64,000 nt of DNA from the NCBI RefSeq assembly GCF_009914755.1, contig NC_060934.1; one strand, 5' to 3'. The translations under genes were made by a program, and so were the position numbers. Origin of the DNA: the human T2T-CHM13v2.0 reference genome, Homo sapiens. The notes beneath the pieces are model-generated. The model did not search any database. It saw only the letters and a list, made by a program, of their open reading frames with translations, and was not told the DNA's origin. Positions 52,880 to 64,000 of the stretch are shown here, piece after piece (the stretch's first letter is position 1; each line of letters opens with the position of its first letter).

Positions 52880-53825
52880 GAGTTTCTCATTCACTCTTTC
52901 ATTCACTCGCTCACATAACAAGTACTTACTAAGTCTCACCATGAGCCAGGCACTGGCTAGTAGAAGCTATAGAGATTGATAAAATAAGATCCCATCTGCC
53001 CTCCAAGAAACACAGAGCATAGATAGAGCCTTTAATTCTAATTTGAGGAATCAGAGAAGATTTTACAGAGAATGAAGAATGAAAGATGAATAAGAGTTTA
53101 AAAGGTAAACAAGGGAAGAAGGGCATGCGAGAGGGCACACCTGTGCAAGGCCCCAGAGGCCTGGGGAGCATGAGGTCTTTGAGGATCTGCATTTTCATGA
53201 CTCTGATGTGGAATCCACTAAGGATTAGCTGGGAGTGGCTAAAAGAATCCTGGAGTCTCTTTTAGGGAACTTCAGTTTCAATGGGTAACCACTGAAAGCA
53301 TTTAAGCAAGAGAGTAACATGAGCAGCTGCACATTTTAATGGGATCATTTGAGTGACACCACAGAAAATAAACCAGAGAGAAGGACAGAGACAGTAGTTA
53401 AGAAGGGTGAGTTACTAGAAGTAGAAGGAGTAGAAAGCTACTGCAATATTCCAGAAGCGAAATAATGAGGCCTTGAATTCACACAATGGCAGCAGGGATG
53501 AAGAAAAGGGGTGCCATTGGAAATAGATTCGAGGTAGAAAAGACAGAACCTATTGACCAAATAAAAAGACAGGGGATTGGGGAAAGGGCTGCTGTTGACT
53601 CCAAGGTCTCCCTCAAGTCTGGATAATGAGTGGATGGTGGTAGTGGGGTCGACCAAGACCTAGAACACAAGGGGAAGATAGAAGAAAAGATCAAGGGGAA
53701 GGTGGAAATGATGAGCTGTGCTTTGAACATGCTGAATTTGAGGGAGTTGTAGGATGTGTCCACTGTAGGCCTGACATTCAGAGATGAGGTCTGGGGCATG
53801 GAGAAAGACATTGACGGAACCTGAG
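52880..53825. mobile_element. L2 relic
   Basis: tcattcactctttcattcactc...aacaagtacttactaag...ccaggcactg end motif and purine-rich body. Confidence 0.65.
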
Positions 53826-55168
53826 GGCAGAGAAATAACAACACGGATTTACTAAATACTTTGTACATACAAGGTACTGCACTAAATACATTTCTTTACT
53901 CTCATTTAATTTGGATAGCAACCCACAAAATAGATATTGTGATGTCTATTTTAAGGATCTGGCTGCTGCAGCCAGAAAAGTCAAACCATTTGCCCAGGGT
54001 CACAGAGATAACAAGAGCTAGGCTGTCATACTATTAAGTTCATGGATCCATGTGCTTTTTTAAAAGCAAGAGATGTCTAGAGAAAGCCTGAAGCAAGCAG
54101 GCCCCTGGGACCATGTCAGGGGCCTTTTTATCAGCATGCTCCCCAGCTCCATGCCCCACTGCTCTTCTTCCTGGACATAAACCCTTTTAGGGGAGTCACA
54201 CAGTCTACAGGTGGGCCCAGCAGTCTTGCTTTGCAGAAGGAAAGGAAGAAAGAACACAGATTTAAATGGTCAAACCATCACCCTCATCTTCCTCCTAAGA
54301 TCGCCACTTCCCTCACCTATCCCCACTCAAGAGCCTATTAGGATACTGGGGAGAAGGCTAGGGGTACTCAGAAACATCTGATAAAGCATATTTTCCCAAC
54401 TATTTTATTTGAAGATGCTAGGAAACCATGTTGAAAATAAGAAATATTAAAGCTAGCAGAGTTTATCTGGGCCAAAAGAAAGCTAGGCTCACATGAAAAA
54501 ATGGACTGGAGTCTTTGAAGAAACTTCTTGCTACAGGTTGCACCAGGTTGGATCCATTTCCCATGTCCTTAAAACCACTTCAGTCTGAAGCTTTGAGAAG
54601 CACTAAAATGATCAACTTAGAAAGCATTGTGCTTAGCAGTGGAAAATGTGATACTCTCCTCTGTTTACCTATAAGGAAATTATTTAAATCATCACAGCAA
54701 GAAGAAAAACTGAGGAAACTAGCTGCAAGTAGGAACTGTCTGAGATTACAGGTGCAGTTTATTCTAAACGTGTCCAAAATCACTGGAACATTAACTAGAT
54801 AACCTCCATTAGGTTTTATATTAACTTGGGGGAAAAAAAGTATCTTCCCTAAGGTCAATGATTAATTACATTTTCTTCACAAGGGGTATACTTGGGGATG
54901 TGTATAAATAAGACTAGGACATATAACGGCTGGAAGGAGACCTTTTATTCTACTCTAATTAGATCCTTATCCAAACACCTGCTATCCACAAAAAGACGGG
55001 TCACAGTGATGATCAAAAATAACACTTATATATGACACTTTTCATTTATATATCACATTTCACATATAATTATTCATTTAATCCTCAGACAACTGATGAG
55101 GCCAGTAAAATTATTATCCTACGCTACAGTCATAGAATGTGCTAGTGAATTGTGGAGTTGACTTTTAG

Positions 55169-55494
<326 letters not shown>

Positions 55495-56248
55495 CAGTAG
55501 AATCTTAAGAGTAGAATTTGGGAGAGAGGTCATTCAATCTTGGCTCCTCATTTAACAGATGAGCCCCAGGGATGTTAAACAACCCTTCCAAGTCACATGG
55601 CTGGACCACGGTGCTGGGCCTGTACCTAGGTCTCCTGGCTCTTCCCACTACAGTGTACTGGCTACCACCTGGAGGTACCTGAAATACAGGTGTGGGCAGA
55701 GACTCTGAGGCCTGAGAGACCTGGCCTGGATTCCCAGCTCTACCACCCAGTGGTCAAATGACCTGGGGCAAATTGCTTCACCTCTCCAGTCTTCGGCTTC
55801 CTTGCCTCTAAACAGTAATAGTAATAAACCACCCTCCAGAGTTGTGAGCATTCAGTGAGATTACATGCATAAATAATTTGCTCATGGTAAGGAGTTGGAG
55901 TTCCTGGAAAACATGACAAAGGCACCTTCACAGCTGAGGTGGCCGTCTGAGTCAATGACTCCAATTCTGAGTCCATTGCTTCTGGCCTGTGCTGTCGGGG
56001 TGCTTTTTCTCTGCAGGAGCAGTTTATTTCTGAACCAAGGTCATAAATTAGTTCATTTTGCAGTTCTTGAACTGAAAATTTTTATTCAATATCTTTTATG
56101 AGAATCACTCAAAGAAATGCCAAAACAACAATAACAGTAATACCTAACACTTATATAAATCCTACTTATGTGCCAAATACAGCTATAAACACTTTAAATG
56201 TACTTAATCCTCACAGAAACCCTGTAAGATAGTTCAAAGGTAAATTGA

Positions 56249-56596
<348 letters not shown>

Positions 56597-56871
56597 TAAA
56601 AAGATGTATTTAGATTGACAGTAATACTAGTTCTTTGTATACATCCAGCTGCAAAGAAACGCTTGGAGGTTTTGGACTGGTTTTAAATTAAGAGACCAAA
56701 TGGTGTCCATTCAAATTCAATTTGAGGCAATCTTTCAACATTTCTCCCACTCAGTTGCCTGCTAAAAACATCATTTTCCCTCAATGGGCCAAACTATGTA
56801 GTACTGACTTATCTTAAAAGCTTTATGATGAAAAATTTCAAACCTATACAAAAGCTGAGAGAATAATATAA

Positions 56872-57273
<402 letters not shown>

Positions 57274-58149
57274 GACTTTTTTTTTTTTTTTTTAACAAAT
57301 GCTATGCACAGACAAAACGTTATCTATGAGAAACCTGATTCTGAGCGTCCTTCATGTCACACTCTGCTACAAAATGATTCCACCTTCTCTTTCCACAATT
57401 TCTAGTCCTTTTATTCTAAGTCTATTACCTAGCATAAGACTTTATCCTACCCATTTTCATCTCTCTGGCTGGTCTTTGCACGTGGCAAAATCCAAATGGA
57501 GAAAATAAGTGTCTGTGGGGCTTCAAACATCCAAATGATAGTGAGAAGAATAACAAATTCATCAGAGAGGGTTAGGGGTAAAAAATTTGAGAGGCACTCC
57601 AATATAAATCTTCTTGGCAGATGGGGAAACTGAGGCCCATGCTCTGAGCTGTCCAAGGTACATAAGAGAATCACTTGAATCAAGAAATGAAGATAGGATG
57701 TGTGGAAAGTAAGCTTCTACCATCCATACTTCTCTCCACTCCTTTCCACCATCTCTACCCATTCCTACCACATCTGTGACGGCCAGAACCATCTCCCCAG
57801 ACCCCCCGGGGGCAGCATTAACCTGTCTCAAAGCATTGTGTAACACCAGCAGATTTTTAAATCCTTAAGGGCAAAATCAAGCCTCAGTCTCCCCCTACAA
57901 AGCTTAATAAGGTGGCTGATTGATACTCGGTGGTCACTCAAATATTTACCGACTCAGAACAGAGCTTTCTAGCGTTAAAAGTTCTCCTTTACCCATTTCC
58001 TAGCAACCAGAACCCTAAGCCTATCAGGCTTCCTATTTTTCTACCTCTCTCTACAAGCTCCGGCAGCCTCATTTCTTAGGAGGATGCAGTATAAAGAAGG
58101 CAGAATGGGGAATCGGAAAGACTGAGTTTGTGTCTTGGCTGCTACACCT

Positions 58150-59350
<1,201 letters not shown>

Positions 59351-59826
59351 TCAGCTGGCTGGTACCCAAAGTTCCTCTTCGTCAGGCTGTTCCTTCCCCG
59401 TTAGAGTCCTTCCTCCCCAGGAGCCCTCTCCATCTGCTGACCTTCAAGACCCAGAGCGAATGCCACTTCATCCATGAAGCCTTCCCTTAACCCTTATCTG
59501 GCCAAAATGTCTCTTTCCTGTGCTTCTGTACTTTCACAATTTTAGAAAATGCCTTTGTGGTTAAAAACCTATCTCCGGGACCGGACTATCTAGGTTTAGA
59601 TTCTGGCTGCCGCTTACGAATTTGGGCAGGTTTAGTCAAGTTATTTTAACCTCTCTGTGGAAGTTCCTGCTCTGTGGAAATAATAGTATTTTCCTCAGAG
59701 TTGGTGTGGGGAGTTTGTGAGTTAATACATTTACGAAGTGGTTAGTTGCATGTAAGAAGGACTCTCTAAATGTCAGCTATTATTAACATTGCATATCTGC
59801 CACACCCTTCATAGATGGTAAACTGC

Positions 59827-60630
59827 TTTTTTTTTTTTTTTTTTACTTTTATTTTAGGTTCGGGATACATGCACAGGTTTGTTTTATAGATAAATTGCTT
59901 GTCATGTGGGTTTGTTGTACAAATTATTTTGTCACCCAGATAGTAAGCATAGTACTTGACAGGTATTTTTTCTGATCCTCTCCCTCCTCCCACCCTCTAG
60001 CCTCAAGTAGGTCCCAGTGTCTGTTGTTCTCTTCTTTGTGTCCATGTGTTCTCAATGTTTAGCTCCCACTTACAAGTCAGAACATGCAGTATTTGGTTTT
60101 CTCTTCCGCATTAGTTCACTTAGGATAAAGGCCTCCAGCTCCATCCATGTTGCTACAAAGGACATGATCTCTTTCTTTTTTATGGCTGCATAGTAGTCCA
60201 TGGTGTATATGTACCGTATTTTCTTCAGTCTACTGGTGATGGGCATTTAGGTTGATGCCATGTCTTTACGATTGTGAATAGTGCTGCAGTGAACATACAT
60301 GTACATATATCTTTATGGTAGAATGATTTATATTCTTTTGGGTATAGACCCAATACTGGGATTGTTGGGTCGAATGGTAATTCTGTTTTAAGTTCTTTGA
60401 GAAATCGCCACACTGCTTTCCGCGGTTACTGAACTAATTTACATTCCCACCAGCATTGTATAAGCATTCCCTTTTCTCCACAACCTCACCAGAAACCAGC
60501 ATCTGTTATTTCTTGACTTTTATTAATAGCCATTCTGACTGGTGTGAGATGATATCTCATTGTAGTTTTGATTTGGGTTTCTCTAGTGATTAGTGATGTT
60601 GAGTATTTTATATGCTTGTTGGCCATGTAG
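59827..60630 (-). mobile_element. L1PA/L1PB 3' end fragment (~800 bp)
   Basis: polyT, 3' UTR and ORF2 C-terminal remnant (WRFLKELKTELPFDP...). Confidence 0.9.
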
Positions 60631-61876
60631 CTTCTTTTGGCTAGGGACCTGTGAGTCTCCCTAGGTTTCTTGCACTTACTAAGCCTTCAACAAATGGTAG
60701 AAGAGTCAATTCTCTTGGTGTTTCAGAAGAAAACAATATCACAGCCCCTCTCCACTGGATAATACTATAAATCTTAAAATGAATTTTCATTCAGAGTAAT
60801 AAACACAAGCCAAATAACTTTGTATAACATCCGTCAACTTTTTGTGTTATCTATTTCTTTTCCAAAACATTGCCTCTGGTTTTAAAGGTAACTGCCCACA
60901 GTGTTTCACTAATAACATTTTAAGCATTACAAGTTCAACACTGAAGGTCAAATGACAACGAACTTTCAGTGCTTCCAAAAGCAGGGGCAGAGGGCAACTG
61001 CTGAGGGGGGCATTGTATAGCCTAACCTTCCCAGAATTTGATTTAAAAGTATGATCTTCACAGCGTTGGCCAGCAATATCATGGTCACTCCCTACGTCAT
61101 TCCCTGGGAGAAAAACAACCCTAGGTTACCTAAACAATGTTGGCGAAGACCAAATATTTATTAACATCCTAAGCCGCCCCATAATCAAGCCAATGCTGAT
61201 AGGGACAAAGAAGGTGCCATGTGCAGTTTTTCTCCATGTCCCCACAATATCTGCTCTGAATTTTAAAAGGCAATTACTGGGGGAGAAGGAAGCCTATATA
61301 TTATGTAGGATCCAAGTCTCAAACTGCTTTCCTAGGGAGTGTGAGGTTCTTGGAGATTAAGTGCAGTACCTTTCTGTCTTGAGCCTTGTAGGCTGCCCCT
61401 CTAATTTAATGCCAGTCTTGAAATAAACAGAATGCTTTCCAAGTCATCGCTAATTTTAACACTTTAAATTTAGAATTGCTTAGAATTGACTCAACACTGC
61501 CTCCTTGCTGAATGGATAATTCAAGCAAACAACTCAAGAGCTGGATGCTGCCCAGACAGGTAGGCAGCCAGATAAAGTGAGTGTCCAGGGAAAGAGCAGT
61601 AAGGGTCAGAAGAGAAAGAGCCTGGTGTTCTCACTGCCTCCTGCCTTCCTTATGACTGTCTGTTCAGAAGTCCTCCTAGCATCTTTCTTCTGCCTTCCCC
61701 TGCTCCTGTCCCTGAAACCTTTTCTTCAAAAGAAGTGGAAAAGAGGAACTGGGAACCCATATAGCAACAGCATCACCTGGAATGAATTCCTTTAGAACAT
61801 ACTGTCTTGGAAATCTGAAGCCTGCAGGGCTGGACAGGCAAGAAGAGCAGTGAGCACTGCATGAACCTGTAAGTAA

Positions 61877-62170
<294 letters not shown>

Positions 62171-64000
62171 ACACATGCTTATTTTACTCAGTCTTGCCCC
62201 TGAATACCCGAAGGTCTAAACTTAGGAAAAAGTCAGGGGAGGGATGAGTTTGTCATTCTTTGGAGTCGTTATATTTGGGTGAGTGCTGGCACTATGGGTA
62301 GGATATTATTTAGAAGCTGAGTTGTGTGCTGAGCAAATGTTTCTTTAAAAACCAAAGCCGTATGAGATCTGTTATAGAGGCACAGTGTGGCTAAATAGTG
62401 TGCGATAAGATAAGCATAGGGCTCCTGAGGTGTTGCTGTTCTCCCACTGTAATGAATTTACTCTTCTTCCTAAGGAAAGTGATCCTTTATCACCTCTCCT
62501 CTCAAATTCACTGGCTTGTTTCGTGAGTGTGCCTTCATGGAATCATGTCTCCTTCTCTTCCCTCAGTTCTCTCCTTCCCTCCCTTACGTATGACTCCTCC
62601 CATAATCCGCACACATGGATTGAACCAAGTGAGGGTATTTTTCTGTTTCCTACCTCATAGAAGGGCATAGAGTGGACACGGTCTAAGGTTAGTTCCTGAA
62701 CTGAGTACCCACATATGCAGAACTTTATTTAAAGCTGCTGAAATCTTTGTATAACAGATAGATCAATAGGACTGAAAACTACTGATGGTTTTACTTACTT
62801 GTTGAACGTGACTAAGTTCCATGGCACCATTTAGAAATTGTGTTGTATAGTTTTCGTATGTTGCTTAAGAAACAGTTTAGCATAATGGTTAAAAGCATGG
62901 CCTCTGGAACTAGATTGCCTCTGTATGCCTCAGTTTCCTCATCTGGGAATAATAATAGTTCTACCTCATGGGATTGCTATGAGGATTAAATGATTTAATT
63001 TAATTAAATGATTTCATACAAAACTGAATTGTACTTGACACTTAGTACTCAGGTATTAACTGGGACCGTTATTATCATCACAGATGTTGTTTACAAGCAC
63101 TTGCCTTTGAGATTTGTTTAGCTTTTTTATTAAATTACTAGCGGTATACTAGAACAGTACGTAGGCTGGGGCCTGGAGTCAAATTCTAGCTTTGCCTCTT
63201 ATAGTTTTGAAACTTTGAGTAAATTACTTGATGTGTCTGAGTTTTAATATTCTTATATGTAATTTACTTTTAAAAAGAATTTTGCTTAGTGTTGATATAC
63301 ACACATTTAACACAGTTATAGAAATTATTGTTTTTACTATTGTCATATGAGGAAATTCGTCCCTGGGTTGCTGTAGGGTGCTAATGGTTAGGCAAACTCT
63401 CTTTGAAGTCTGCCTGATCTGGCCCCTTGCAGGCATGTACTCCGAAATATTTTTCAAATGGAAAAGAAAACAGAGAACACAATTTTCAAAATATCTAGAG
63501 CCCTCCAAGAAGTCTTTGTAGAGATCTATAAAATCTCAAGGCAATTTAAAGGTAATAAGACAACTTTATTAATAATTAATTAAAATGTAAATGTTAATGA
63601 TAGCCCTTTGTATAGCTATATTATCTTTTTCTGAAGAATAGAAAAATGTTTTAGAAACACTATTCTCTCCACATCCTGGGGCAGCAGCCTTCTCCAAAGA
63701 AACAGAAAGAAGGAAATGGATTGCCTTAGCAAAAAAACAAATGAAGACACTCCAAATAACAGAAGAATGGGAAGGCTACAGACCTTGAAGTCAGAAGAAA
63801 ATTTCCTCTCCTTGCCCCGTTTCTCCTTAAATGGATCACCAGTACAGTCTCTTACTTCTAGAGCCATGTTAAGCTTTCTTCCCCAAAGTTGTAATGTCCT
63901 TCTTTTTTTTGTGTCGTGTCCTAAAATCCTACTCTTTGGTACAAGATGAAGGTATATGAAGAGATAATGAAGGAAACAAATTCAATGTGTTTGCCAAGAA

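Overview
Human (primate) genomic DNA, recognisable as the CNNM1-GOT1 locus on chr10q24. The window holds the last five coding exons and ~2.8 kb 3' UTR of CNNM1 (+ strand). Convergent with it, ~2.5 kb away, is the complete 9-exon cytosolic aspartate aminotransferase gene GOT1 (- strand). Its exons sum to 1242 nt = 413 aa + stop, all introns are GT-AG, and the PLP lysine K259 is intact. A TATA-less CpG-island promoter with five CCAAT boxes follows and probably also fires divergently. Introns are repeat-rich: more than 20 Alus, a 5.5 kb 5'-truncated dead L1PA4-6-type element with an 18-bp TSD in GOT1 intron 2, LTRs, hAT/mariner relics, MIR and L2. No wholly new gene system is supportable. The best leads are small and testable: (1) a box C/D snoRNA-like K-turn cassette built from a mosaic duplication in a CNNM1 intron; (2) a 100-nt CU-rich AG-exclusion zone before a frameshifting CNNM1 exon; (3) an Alu-flanked GOT1 exon 2-8 circle that would carry an endless ORF; (4) a MIR-derived alternative coding first exon and a candidate 78-nt 5' UTR intron of GOT1; (5) a transposon-derived distal GOT1 polyA site; (6) ATF4/GRE/ERR-type promoter motifs. 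Repeat subfamily names, repeat boundaries and literature comparisons are by eye or from memory and need RepeatMasker or database confirmation.
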